Of a stretch of DNA of 64,000 nt, positions 16,701 to 29,125 are shown piece by piece (within the stretch, counting starts at the first letter, position 1; every line of letters begins with the position of its first letter). Position numbers and translations under genes: made by a program. This DNA is from the human T2T-CHM13v2.0 reference genome, Homo sapiens. The notes below the pieces were generated by a model. It was not told where the DNA came from. It searched no databases and saw only the letters and a program-made list of their open reading frames with translations. The stretch is from the NCBI RefSeq assembly GCF_009914755.1, contig NC_060937.1; one strand, given 5' to 3'.

Positions 16701-17038
16701 AAACAAATGCCTGCAGTATGCTATGTGTTCAAGTACAAATGGCCTCTATTCATCACATCCAGCCTTAGCACAAGATCTTTCCTGAACTGGCTACTATATT
16801 TTAAGCAAAGAGGATACTGTTTGGAAAAAATTAGGCTCACATCTGACAGGCTATGAAATTTGTTGAGAATAAATGTGTGTTGCAGGATATTTTATTTATG
16901 TCTGAGATAATATCTCACAAATGTACTTCTCCATTTTAAGAGAAAATTATAGTTCGAAGGATCCTGATTAGGAGTCAGTGGAATGAGTCTCAGAAAATCG
17001 TGGACACATTTTTAAACTGTGCTGTGAAGAGAAAGTTT

Positions 17039-17093
17039 GTATGTCTGTGTGTATGTGCGTGTGTTTGCGTGTGTGTACATCCATGTGTGTTTG
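17039..17093. repeat. Degenerate (TG)n microsatellite
   Basis: gtatgtctgtgtgtatgtgcgtgtgtttgcgtgtgtgt... Confidence 0.8.
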
Positions 17094-17569
17094 CATATCC
17101 TGGAACATATTCAGTTATTTAAAACAAGAATTTATATTGCATAAAAAATATAAGACAAACAAGACTCCATGGTTTCCATACAACTGGGGAGACTTTTCAA
17201 ATTACAGTCATGTCTCATTGTTACTGGGAAAAATCCAGTCTTGGCAAATCTATAAATGAATGAGATGAAGGTTGGCCAACACATACTGAAATATTATTAT
17301 GGGAGCCCTCTGGCCCCGAACTTCATGAGCGCCAGAGGAGAAGTAAATGGTTACAATACATCTCTTTATTTGAATTAACACTTGCTGAAATTTCTCATTG
17401 GGCCTATCCACGTGCATTAAGGAATTATCATATAAGTGATCAAAACTTCTCTGAGGATTTGGTGAAATAAATTTTTAAGTAGTATAAAATGGCCCAAAAT
17501 GTTTTATGACTTAATGAGAAAAATTATTGAAACTGATCAACCCAAATGAATTAGCAGAAGGTTTATTTT

Positions 17570-17690
17570 TCTGCAAATCTTTATTGATCCTCTGGTTGTT
17601 TCAGTTACTCTGCTAGGTATAAGGAATACAACTAGGAACAAGACAGAGTATCCCCTTGAGGGTTACACTTTAGTGGCAATAAATGAGTAG
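17570..17690 (-). mobile_element. L2 3'-end fragment
   Basis: caaatctttattga...ctctgctaggta..ggaataca...acaagacag...ttacactttagtgg matches the reversed L2 tail. Confidence 0.6.
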
Positions 17691-18399
17691 ACCATTCATA
17701 CTTGCTCTGTCTCAGAACTTAGGAACAACGAGTTCCTTGGCAAGAAAGCTATGAGACTTTACCTGAAGCACAATGTATTTATTTAACTTCTATGTTTATT
17801 TAGGAGATAGGCTACAGAATGATTAAATGAAAATGGAGAGAGGGTACTGAAGGTAGGATTCTGTATGTTGCCTCTTTGGTAGTCCTGCAGTGAAATAACC
17901 AAATGCTGACTTAAAGTAACTGCAGATTGTGATAAATGTTATAAAGCAAAGGAAGAGAGTGCAGTCAGGGAGATGACAGCGACTCAAGGTTGCCAGCAGG
18001 TGTTTGCTAAAAAGCAAAGAGAAGGCTGCTCTCAGTGGCCCCACTAAGATGAGGATTCAAAGGCTCTCCACGCTCCTTGGCTTACCTAGGAAAGAATTTC
18101 CTTCCAAACTTCTGAGGCATTTAGAAGTGCTAAGTAACTTTCCACTATGAAGCAATGCTGCTGTGCCCATTCAAAGGAGATGGAGACAACCAGAAACAAG
18201 AAGTAAGGTGTATGCCAGAGAGCATACACCATGTTAGAATGAGGTCTTCAATCAGCTCTGAACAAGCCACTGTTGTCCATGATAATCTTCATTTTGTCGA
18301 AAGAGAATGTTACCAAGCCCTTTCATTAATACAATCTACACAGTTCTAATTATTGAATCAATGGAGCTCACCAGTTTTTCACTGACCTATTACTTTTTG

Positions 18400-18720
18400 G
18401 TAGTTCACTGGCTCAACAAATAAATACTGATTCTACAGACTGCAGTGCTGGTCTCTAGGGAAACAAAGACCTTTAAGGAACACTTAAGTCTCATGGATGA
18501 GGCACACAAGTCAATAGAGAAGGTGAAAATGCTATGACAGGGAGATACTCATGTGCTCTAAAAGCACTGAGGTCTAGCCTCTCAGAGGAGGGGTGGTCAC
18601 AGAAAGCTTCCTAGGAGAGATGACTCCTGGGATCTATTCCACAGGAAGGACATTCTGGGCAACAGGAACCAGAGGAGAAGGGGACAGAGCAGTGTGCATT
18701 AGAAAAATCACACTGTTTAG
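18400..18720 (-). mobile_element. L2 3'-end fragment
   Basis: tcaacaaataaatactga...aaatgctatgacaggg...agaaagcttcctaggagagatgac...ggacattctgggcaacaggaac. Confidence 0.7.
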
Positions 18721-18739
18721 CACAACTCTAAAGAAAGGC

Positions 18740-18768
18740 ATATATATATATGTATATATATATATATA
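18740..18768. repeat. (TA)n microsatellite with one interruption
   Basis: atatatatatatgtatatatatatatata seen directly. Confidence 0.9.
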
Positions 18769-19729
18769 AAATCACTATGTGAAAATATATGTACTTATTA
18801 ATTCTACTCTTTCACAGAACTAAACAGGGATGTGTTTATGAATGTTCATTGAGATGACAAGCTCATTTCAATGCAGTTTGAGTTTTACTCTCTTAGCATT
18901 TAAGGCATTATTTGCTCTCTTACATTGATGCTGACAGATGCTTGGTTTATATTTAACCTAAAGGTGGCATTTACAACTGCAAAGACTTTTAATTATGATA
19001 GAATTGAAAACATACTGAATTCCCATTGCAAGGAAGACTTTCTTACTAGCCCATGTCAAATGCAAGGTAAAATGTAAAAAGACAAGAATGAGGAGCTTTT
19101 ATCTAAGGTAAGAGAAATAAGCAAGTAGTATGTGTAGATTTGAAGGAACAAGAATAATGTAGTAGTCTCAGAATAGTTGTCAAAGGATACGATGGAGATT
19201 TTATTTTTAACCTGCTCCCAGACATTAACTGCATGAGACATCAGAAATCTGAAATTCCCTTTGCTACACCAGTATAGCACTGAGGTAGAAATGATGGACT
19301 AGGCACCCTGTATGAAGGCTAGACCAGCAGGGGTGCCATGTTCTGCACAATCCAGCCTCAAGCCGCTGTCCCTTGACAACATGCTTTCTTCTCTGTCTTG
19401 TAGTAAACAGTGGGTCCCCAAGGACCAGCTACCTCTGTGAAGGATAAAAATTACTTTAGATAGAAATTTTAAAATAGAATGACTTAAGAACGAAGATCTT
19501 TATTTTTCATTTTGTTTCTCTTTTTCTTTTGTATAAAAATTACAGGTTTGAAATGGAAACAGGAAAACTTAAGCAGACTTCTTTCAGAAAAAAGTTTTGA
19601 AGGGTTATTTTTGTTGATTAGAATAAGCATGAAGAAAATATTTGTTTAAGCATGTTTGCTTTGATGCTTAAAGTATATATTACTAACAGAATGATTTAAG
19701 TTCAATTCTGTAAAAAATGTATGTGACCC

Positions 19730-20568
19730 TGTGATGGTTAATGTTCTATGTCAACTTGTTAGGCCATGGGATCCAGATATTTGGTCAGTCATCAACATAA
19801 AGGTCCCTGTGAAGGTATTTTTCAGATGAAATTAACCTTTAAATCAGTACACTCTTACTGATACATAATAATTATACATGTGATATTTTGATACATGCAT
19901 ACAATGTGTAATGATCAAATCTGGGTAATTAAGATACTCTCACTGGAACATTTATCATTTCTTTGTGTTGAGAACATTCCAAATATTCTCTTCTAGCTAT
20001 TTTGAAATATGCTTTATTGTTAACTACAGTCGCTCTACTGTGCTATCAAACACATACTACTTATTTCTTCTATCAAACTGTGTTTCTTTAACCCATTAAC
20101 CAACCTCTCTTCATCCCTCCACCCCACTACCCTTCCCAGCCTCTGGTAACCACCATTCTGCACTCTGCCTTTATGATACCAACCTTTTAATCTCCCACAT
20201 ATGAGTGAGAACATGTGATATTTGGCTTTCTGTCTGCTCATGTCACTTAAAATAAGGGCACATTGATGTTGCTGCAAATGACAGGATTTCATTCTTTTTT
20301 ATGGCTGATAAATCAGTAGACTTTTAAATAAAGAAAACACCTCCATAATGTGTGTGTTGGTCTTCAAACCATCAGGTTGAAGTTTTTTAAGAGAATGAAT
20401 GATGGAGACCCCCAACAGAAAGGGAAATTTTGCCTCCAGAATGCAACATCAACTCTTCTCTCCAGCCTGCCCTCCTTCCATACAAAGTTTGGACTTGCCA
20501 GCCTCCACAACAATGTGAGCCCAATTTTTAAATCTCTCTTTTTCTGTTTCTCTGGAAAATCTAATACT
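19730..20568 (+). mobile_element. MLT2 ERVL solo LTR, interrupted by an L1MA insertion
   Basis: Start tgtgatggttaatgttctatgtcaacttg; resumes after the L1 with cctccataatgtg...ggacttgccagcctccacaa..tgtgagcc...ttctgtttctctgga. Confidence 0.9.
19857..20308 (-). mobile_element. 5'-truncated L1MA-type LINE-1 3' end
   Basis: tgtgtaatgatcaaatc, cccttcccagcctctggtaaccaccattct, cccacatatgagtgagaacatg, gcaaatgacaggatttcattc; flanked by a ~17-bp TSD taaatcagta(c/g)act(c/t)tt at 19840-19856 and 20309-20325. Confidence 0.93.
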
Positions 20569-20879
20569 AACTCTTACAATAAGTATGTCTTTACTACTAA
20601 AAAAAAAGTTTTCTTGTCAGGTCATACCATACAACTAATTTTTCTTTTTAACTTACTTTTCATGCTTATTGGTGGAATATTTGTGACTCAGGGCACAAAA
20701 TCATATTAGCTTCACAACAAAAAAAATTTCTTTTGATTCATATCTTATAAAGATCAGATAAAGGCATGAACTTTTATATTTGAACCTGTAATTGTATATT
20801 ACAAGCTACCCCATATAATCATGTAATATTTTACAGCATATTTTTATTCATTAATTTCATATTATTTAGTTTTACTCCC

Positions 20880-21030
20880 CCAAAATAGGTATTTCTATAC
20901 CTATCTATTCAATAGGTGATGAAAGAAAACATGAATCTTGCCCAAAGCTTCATAAAACAATGTGTGGCATAGTTAGGACTGCAATTCATCTAAATAGCCT
21001 TCAAACCCTTGGTGTTTTCATCACATCACA
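20880..21030 (-). mobile_element. MIR fragment
   Basis: cttgcccaaag...gtggcatagttaggactgcaattca..gccttcaaaccc; heavily diverged. Confidence 0.5.
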
Positions 21031-21389
21031 GTAGCCTAAGTCAAAAGCATACACTACAGAAATCCTTACTATTTGCTTCAGGGTGTTATTATTTGCTAGC
21101 CCAGCAGGACATATAAAAGAAAGCACTAGGTAGTCATCCTTACCCAATAAGCAAACTCAACTTCTACTTACGCTGAAGTACAACATTTCTAGATCCTAAT
21201 GTTATTTTTTCATTTGATTTTTGAGAATTGTGTCCTCTCCTACTTATCTCCTCTTAAAATCGAGCTTGCTCTGACATTTTCTACATGCTTAATAATATTT
21301 AGGTATTTCGTAGCTTGTTAGCTTGTTTAGATAATAACAGCAACACTCACAACCAACACCAACATAAAACGAATTAAATGAACAAACAA

Positions 21390-21615
21390 AAAATGCTAAC
21401 ATTTTTGCAGTACTTATATACCAGGGACCATGCCAAATATCAGATACACATTATCTTATGTAATTCTTAATAACCTTGAGAGGTAGGTCTTTTTATTCTT
21501 ATTTTGGCAAAGAATAAATGGAAAATCAGAAACATTAATTTGTATAAAAGAACGGAGCTAATAAGTGGGCATGAAAGGATTTAAACCAAGAGTTGTCTGA
21601 TTTCAAAACTTATAG
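21390..21615 (-). mobile_element. MIR SINE
   Basis: gctaacattt..agtacttatataccagggaccatgccaaa...aaccttgagaggtagg...gctaataagtgg..ggatttaaaccaag..gtctgatttcaaa. Confidence 0.8.
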
Positions 21616-23528
21616 CCACAGTGGTAGGCAGGATGAAATATTGTGTTACTGTGAAATGTGGTTTGACTCTACAGCTTTTCTTCTTGACAGTTTTTATTTT
21701 ATGATTTTTGACAATAAATAAGAGGAACTTGACTATTTTCTTCATAAACCAGTAACATATTAGTATAAAGTACACGGGGGTGTCTACTGTATTTGAGAGC
21801 ATGGTTTCCGGAGGCCCGTATTGTCAATGTCAAGTAAGCTTTGCCGCACAAGACTGGTCTAGCAATAATCTGGCTTTTGGCAGAGCACACACTGGAAAAC
21901 CTGTGAGAATAGATTGTCTAACTCCATTCCCCAACATCCTCTGGACTGTGGCCCCTTCTAAAGATAAGCAGTCATGTGTGGTAATGGGTACATAATGGAA
22001 AGAGAAACCTTCCAAATAAATGAGATATGAAAGGCCCCATCTGAGGACTCTATAGGAATCCACTCCCTATGCACAGGAGTGATAGGACTACTGGAGATCT
22101 TGTTGACTTTGTCAATGTAAGTGTTAAAAAGTATATACAAGCAACAATTTGTCCTACATTTCAATACTCCGCTTAAAGGCTTTGCAGGATTTTTTTTTTT
22201 TTAATTTACAAAATCCACAGTACTGTACCCGCTGAGAATACATGTTTGGATGGTCAGAAGTGGGTAAGATTTGGTGCTAAATGCAAAATCACAATAGAGA
22301 CCTGATGTATCCTATGTTATATACTTCAGAGCTGTTCAAACTGAATTAGAGAGATGATGTCACCCTCTAAAAATAACAAAGCTATCTCAATGATTTTAAT
22401 AGAGATTTTGGAATTAAAAGTTTATTATAAATTTACAAAGAAGAGATATATGTTAATATAAAATAGCCTATGGATGCTTTTAAAAATGCCAAATAACCTT
22501 TGATGGACCCTCTATAAAGAAAAATAGTTTAATTTTATTGTAGGTTTATGAAGAGGACAATAAATGAGTTTGCTATGTGGATATAATTAGGTTGAAGTTA
22601 AGTTTAATAATTCATAGTTTTCTAGGTTTTGAATAATAAGATGCATGTTGGTAATCTGTGGCTCTTTAACATCATTTTCTTTGTTTATCCTAATAGAGAA
22701 GTCAGCATAGAAACTATTTTTTGGTTGTTTTATCAACCTCAGCCCAGAAGCATCTTCCTCCTAATTCCAAATACTCTATTTTTAAGCAAGTAAATATAGG
22801 CAGTTGGATTAAATGCATTATATTATATGCAAGCTACCTAGACATTTCTTTAAAAAACTGAAGTTAAAAGTAACAAAATTCTCTTTTGCAGTTATAGAAG
22901 ATACTGTTAAATAATTAGACAATTTTGTCCTTATAATAATTTTTTTTCTTTCCCTTAGGGAATGTTTCTTTCCCTAAAATAAATTTGAAGATCATTTGAA
23001 TATAAATTAACATCAGATACTAAGTAGATGGTGTGATGAGTTTGCTTATAAAAGCACTATAGGAATATAATAACAGTAAAAGCAATATTTGGTATATTCC
23101 CAATATCAAATATAAAACCACTTTATTAAAAATACTAAAAATAACATGAGGTCAAAATTAGGCTCAATAATAATTATAAAACTTTCCATTCAATTTATAT
23201 ATATATTTATCAACAAGATTGCCCTGAAAATTATTCCCTGATATTTTATTTGGTCTTTGGAGATAAATGCAAACACATAAATAAAGGATAACTCTTCTTT
23301 GAAAAACTAGGTAAGTGATTCACCCAAAAGACCTAAGAGTTCTGCATTCTGGAAGGCCCTTGGTGATTGAGGTATGAGAGTAGAATGTCTGGCTTTTAAT
23401 GATTACATCTTGTCTCAAAACTGGTTAATCCCAAGACTTGCACTATTGAATTGCAATCCTGTCATTCTGTATTTCCAGTATTTCCACCTGTCTTCATGGG
23501 ATGCAAACTCATCTGGAGGTACTTGTTA

Positions 23529-23564
23529 AAACAAACAAACAAACAAACAAACAAACAAACAAAC
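23529..23564. repeat. (AAAC)9 tetranucleotide STR inside a MER5-like remnant
   Basis: Nine perfect aaac units; flanks catctggaggtacttgttaaa / aatacagactcc resemble MER5. Confidence 0.92.
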
Positions 23565-23934
23565 AGAAATACAGACTCCTTGGCTATTAATGTCTGATAA
23601 TAACTTTTATTTCTGAGTCTAGGACAAGGACAACTTAAGTAATTTAAGGATATTTTAAATTGTACTAGGAGACTTTGAGGTTATAGTCATAGCCACTACA
23701 CAAAGTAAATAAAAGGACAATGAGATCTCGTGTTTATTTAAGAAACATTTGTTTCAAATGAGGAGAAATTTAATTGAATGCATTTTTAGCCTGATGTTGG
23801 AAGACAAATCTGTGCTCCTGATTTTAGAAGCTCAAAATACCACTAAGAATATGGCAACAGTGTTGAATAACATACACTACAATGAGGGTGGATAAAGGGA
23901 ATGCCCACAATCAGGGAACAAGCTTCTCTTCTCC

Positions 23935-24152
23935 ATTGAGATCAGATGGACCTGGCTCCAGATAACTGTATATTTTACATGTGAGCCTTGTGACTTTAGG
24001 AAGTTAATTAGGCAGCCAAAACCTCAGTTTTCATATTCATACATTAGGATGGTAATGTCTACCTCTCAAAATTGCAAAGCTTCTTAAAACACATGAACGA
24101 AATCATGTAGCATAGCACACAGTAGTACACAGAACATAGGTGTCCAATTAAC
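23935..24152 (+). mobile_element. MIR SINE
   Basis: tcagatggacctgg...tgtgactttaggaagttaatta...acctcagttttcatatt...taatgtctacctc...tagcacacagta. Confidence 0.75.
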
Positions 24153-24457
24153 ACATTCCCGCTTTTTCTTTTTCCTCTCTTTTCTGCCTCCCTAACACCT
24201 GTCTTTCTTATGTCTATATTACAACAATCCTTCCTGAATCATGTGCACTGGAACATGAGCTTGAAGTGTTCAAAACATAATTTAGCTTAGTATCCCTAGT
24301 GAGTATTAATTTAACTTTTTTTGATAACTAATAATTAAAATGAGAGGTTTTACAAATTTTATGATGGCAAGAAATGATAGAAACAGCATCAAAGTTATAT
24401 TCTGGGTCTGAAAGTAAATATTTTCTGAAGCTTTTTAATATTTGGTTTCATAATGAT

Positions 24458-24600
24458 TTACTTTATAAATTTAATTAACAGTATTTTAAAATAAGAGAAT
24501 ATCTATTTTTAAGACATTACACTCAATGGCAGATGAACCCTTTCTCTTCTCAGCATAATTTATTGTGAAAAGTGTGTGTGTGTAGAGGGGTGGGGGGTGG
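24458..24600 (+). repeat. Local direct repeat, copy 1 (partner at 25193-25335)
   Basis: Core 24505-24568 matches 25246-25309 at 63 of 64 positions; flanks are similar but more diverged. Confidence 0.95.
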
Positions 24601-25006
24601 TTCTGTGTGAGAAATTCTATCTGCCTTCTAGCTAAGTTTGTTTCAGTGGAGATGAGATCCTGACCACTGGGCTGATGGATGTACACATAACTGACTTGTT
24701 CAATTCTAATTTAATTCTAGAAATCTATCTCCTTTATGACTTTAATTTTTCTGACATGAAAACGTTCTATCCTTTTAGGCTTCCATTGCTTCTGCAGAGA
24801 TGAAGTATTCTCTTGGTAGAAGAGAAAAAAAAAAGAAGTAAAGAAGCAGCAATAAACAATTCCACAAAACCAATTTTCACATTGGCAGAAAAACACGAGA
24901 ACTCCAAATAACCATAAATTGAAACAGTGGCAGATTCTTGGCAGTGTATGATTTGAGATTATTAATGAAAACCTTTACCAAAAACATGCACATCCTTTAG
25001 TTTCAG

Positions 25007-25115
25007 GAGACGAGTTTTTCATATATGCAACTGTCTGAAACTATATTAGACCAGAAGAGAGAAAACGTAACTTCAACCCTCAGCGTGGCCACAGTTGTAG
25101 CTTTTATGATCACAG
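25007..25115 (+). other. Candidate 109-nt exon (unvalidated)
   Basis: Acceptor cctttagtttcag, consensus donor CAG|gtgagt, one open frame, 3 CpGs. Confidence 0.3.
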
Positions 25116-25192
25116 GTGAGTTGAAACAAACCTAGTAAGGTATTCATTTTTATTGTCTGTAGTAATGAGAACAACAACAACAAAAAAAAAGT

Positions 25193-25335
25193 ATTACTTT
25201 ATTTTTTAAACTTAATTATCAGTATTCTTAAATAGGAGAATACCCATTTTTAAGACATTACACTCAATGGCAGATGAGCCCTTTCTCTTCTCAGCATAAT
25301 TTATTGTGAGAGATGTGTGTTGGGGGGGTGTGGGT
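25193..25335 (+). repeat. Local direct repeat, copy 2
   Basis: atttttaagacattacactcaatggcagatga(g)ccctttctcttctcagcataatttattgtga, 741 bp downstream of copy 1. Confidence 0.95.
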
Positions 25336-26599
25336 GAACCTAAAGGAAGTCTTTCTACACCTCTTTTGATTAACCTAAGTTTTAGAGAGAACCACATTCC
25401 TCTGGCATTCTGACTACATTAGTAATTCATCTTTTTATCAAAGACATACTTTTACTTGTTTCTTTACATCACAGATATTTTGTTGAAAACTATTAAGATA
25501 GTATTTCTAGAATATAATAAAACATTCAGAATAGCATTGCTAAGCAAATACACTGTGCCATGATTATGTTTTTTTGCAATGTGTATGCAATTGCTTTATT
25601 TTACATTAGGAAATAGACAAAATGCATCTATTCATTTTTCTTTTTAATTTTAATCTTTTTGAACATGCATTTGTGGTTCAGTCAAATAGCAGAATGAAAA
25701 AGTAGCTCTATCCACACTTTGGAGGCACTTTTTAAAAAAGGGAATAGTATAGCAACCTGTGGCTTCTTCTAGTTCACTTCTTTGGTTTTCTTCACCACTT
25801 CTATCATATCAGAAATGCCCTTTATTCAGTTTTTGTTTCTCTAGGCACATAATTTTGGTTCTCTTTGAAGCTGAATCCCTCAACACCTCTTAAAAATCTA
25901 TTGTTCCTCAGGCTTAGCAACTTACTGACATGAACTTCCTCCTTTGTCTTCCCTGTGCAACTATACTTGGGGAGAATGATAAACATGAGGTTTCTCAAAC
26001 CAAAAGTTAACCATTGTTTTCCTCAATTAAAAAATCCAGAGTAATTACATATTTCTAGCCATTCAAGTAAATAAATAATGTAATGGCAGAATATTATTTT
26101 CAAATATTTCAAATTAAACTGTTTATATGGTGAAACCAAAATTCATTTGGCAAGAGATAAGAAACAACTCATGTTTGAAAAGTCCTGAGGAGCTTATCGT
26201 TTTTTGTCCTCAACTAGTCTGAGGCTAGCAATTTTCCTCAGCTAAGAGAAAGGTAGATTTGGGAGGCACAAAAGAACCTAAAATTTTTTCTTGAAGGGAT
26301 AGTTTTCATGGTGACACTTTTCTACTACATGGCTTTTTATTGCCCCAAACTAATGGGCTTAAATGAATTTGGGCAATATGTAATGCTGGAAGGACTAGAT
26401 GTAGATTTTTAATCGCAAACAAAACTGAGTTCCTTTCACATTTCAGCTATGCCCATAGAATGGAGACTCAACAGTGACAGCTAAACCCTCTCAAAGATGT
26501 TCTTCAAAAAGGATCTGCCAAATATGTGCCACTTCACACTTCACATGCTGACTTGCTTGAAAAGACTTTATTCTTTTTAATCTAAGCTTTCTGTTTAAG

Positions 26600-26710
26600 T
26601 TATTTCCATGGTTAATTCATTTAATCCTTACATAAAAACTCTAGCCACAGGCACTATCTGATTCTCCATTATACAAAGAGGTGAGGTGTTCTGCTCAGAT
26701 CGCCTACCTG
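26600..26710 (-). mobile_element. MIR fragment
   Basis: ttaattcatttaatccttaca...ggcactat..ttctccattatacaaagagg. Confidence 0.6.
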
Positions 26711-27047
26711 TGTGATGATCCAACGTATGACAAGTAGGTCATAGGTAAACAGACATTTCTTTCTTTTACAAAATCTGAATTACTAGAAATTATTGTATTA
26801 GTAGATTTTCTGAATGCCTTAACACTAAAGTGCAAATCTCAATTCTCTGTAGGGTTTATACCTTTATTTCAGGGGGAAATTATTTAACATAGAAGCCTTT
26901 ATCTTGATTACCATTGCCCTTACATAAAAGTCAGACACTGAATCTATATTCCTATAGTAAAATTCAGGTACTATGAAATGTTTAAGTATTTAGAGTGCAA
27001 AGTAAAATGTATTGTCACTTACTCATAAATGAAAATGACTTGCTTTA

Positions 27048-27550
<503 letters not shown>

Positions 27551-28344
27551 CGACCTAATTAATGATTCTGTTGGTTTTTCTGCTGTGCAAGTGACCCAGA
27601 GACAAAACAAACGTCTTATATCTAGGTGTATTCTGGGGTATAAGGTGTACACTTGCACTGAGCTGGTTTGCTAGAACTAATCCTGTACTAACGGCACAGG
27701 ACTTTTGTATAGCAATGGGCATAAATCTCCAGAACGAGGCCATGGTCAGGGCAGAACAGAGGCAGACTGGAGGAGAGCTTGTGGCTCACTGCGCTCAAGG
27801 GAGATGTAAATATGCACACTTGAAGTGTGTACTTACGTGCACTTTGCTAGCAGCTATATGGGCTGCAAGCTATAACAGGGCAAGTGTCCACCTCACTTAG
27901 ATTGAAGTCTCAGAAAAGTGAACAGATGGAAAAGAGAAGTCTTGCCTCTTCTGCTGTGGGCTGGGTGGGGACTGAGCATTCATGTTTTCATAAGTTCAAA
28001 GAGAGAAACTTGACATCATTATTTCTGAATAGGAAAGAACTTTTATTAAAACTGTTATCTCTTACGTCACTGGAATTAAAATGAATCTGAACATATAATT
28101 TTAAAACATCCATAATGTGGAGCAGTTGCCACAAAAAAGTTGAGTCATCACTTAAGAACATGTTTCAATGTTAAAAGAAATAGCAGCTGTTGCAAAATTT
28201 TAAGTGTGAGAATTGCTACTATTTCATTTTTAAACATACTCAAAATTAATAAAACACAACAACTTGCTTTTAAAATAGATTTCCTATGAAAATAGCTAAA
28301 TGCGTTTTACAACTATAAAGATGGGCAACTATAATAATCATCAA

Positions 28345-28559
28345 AATAATTTATGGTTATAAACCGTTTACTATATGCCAGACATTACATGTATTGAGGA
28401 ATTTACTCCTTATAACAGGATAGTTACTATTAATATTCTCCTTTTACCAATAAAGAAAGTGAGGCAGAGAAAGTTTATGAAACTTGACTGAGGTTAAACA
28501 GATCCTACATGATACATTCAGGATGCAAACCCTTTCAGTCTGTCTCCAGAGTCCTTTTC
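28345..28559 (-). mobile_element. MIR SINE (Alu inserted near its end)
   Basis: ttactatatgccagaca...aagaaagtgaggcagagaaagtt..aacttgactgaggt...gtctgtctccagagtcc. Confidence 0.8.
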
Positions 28560-28728
28560 TTTCTCTTATGGTTTTTCTTTTTGAGACGGAGTCTCTCTCT
28601 GTCACCCAGGCTGAACTGCAGTGGCACAACAACCTCCGCCTCCCAGGTTTGAGCGATTCTCCCTTCTCAGCTTCCCGAGTAGCTGGGATTACAGGCTCCC
28701 GCCACCACATCCGGCTGATTTATTGTAT

Positions 28729-28763
<35 letters not shown>

Positions 28764-28882
28764 TTAGAGATGAGTTTTCACCGTGTTGCCCAGGCTGGCC
28801 TCGAACTCCTGAGCTTGGACAATCCGCCCACCTCATCCTCCCAAAGTTCTAGGATTACAGGCGTAAGCCACCGTGCTCAGCC
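28560..28882 (-). mobile_element. AluS with expanded (TATT)10 in the central linker
   Basis: Two arms; perfect 14-bp TSD ccagagtccttttc at 28546-28559 and 28883-28896. Confidence 0.96.
28726..28765. repeat. (TATT)10 STR in the Alu middle A-rich region
   Basis: Ten perfect tatt units. Confidence 0.92.
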
Positions 28883-29125
28883 CCAGAGTCCTTTTCATTA
28901 TTAGACTCTACAACCTTCTGACATGCTATTTTTGGTAAACAGAGATCCCTTTTCATTTCCACTCCCCAAATAAACAAGCAAAAAACAACCAACCCACAAC
29001 AACTTCACTGGTATCTGTAATTGCTGTAGCTGGGGACATATATTTAATTCCATCAATAAAAATAATAGTTACAATGCAGATGTTCTCAGGAAGAGTAAAC
29101 TTCTGAAAGAATACTGGAGGATAGG

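Noticed and set aside
20350-20709. 119-aa ORF
   Set aside because: It lies largely in the MLT2 LTR, starts at a non-ATG codon and has no recognisable domain.
24486-25397. Two minus-strand ORFs sharing TINYAEKRKGSSAIECNVLK, which look like paralogous small genes
   Set aside because: The shared peptide is just the translation of the duplicated DNA; the N-termini are unrelated and there is no independent coding evidence.
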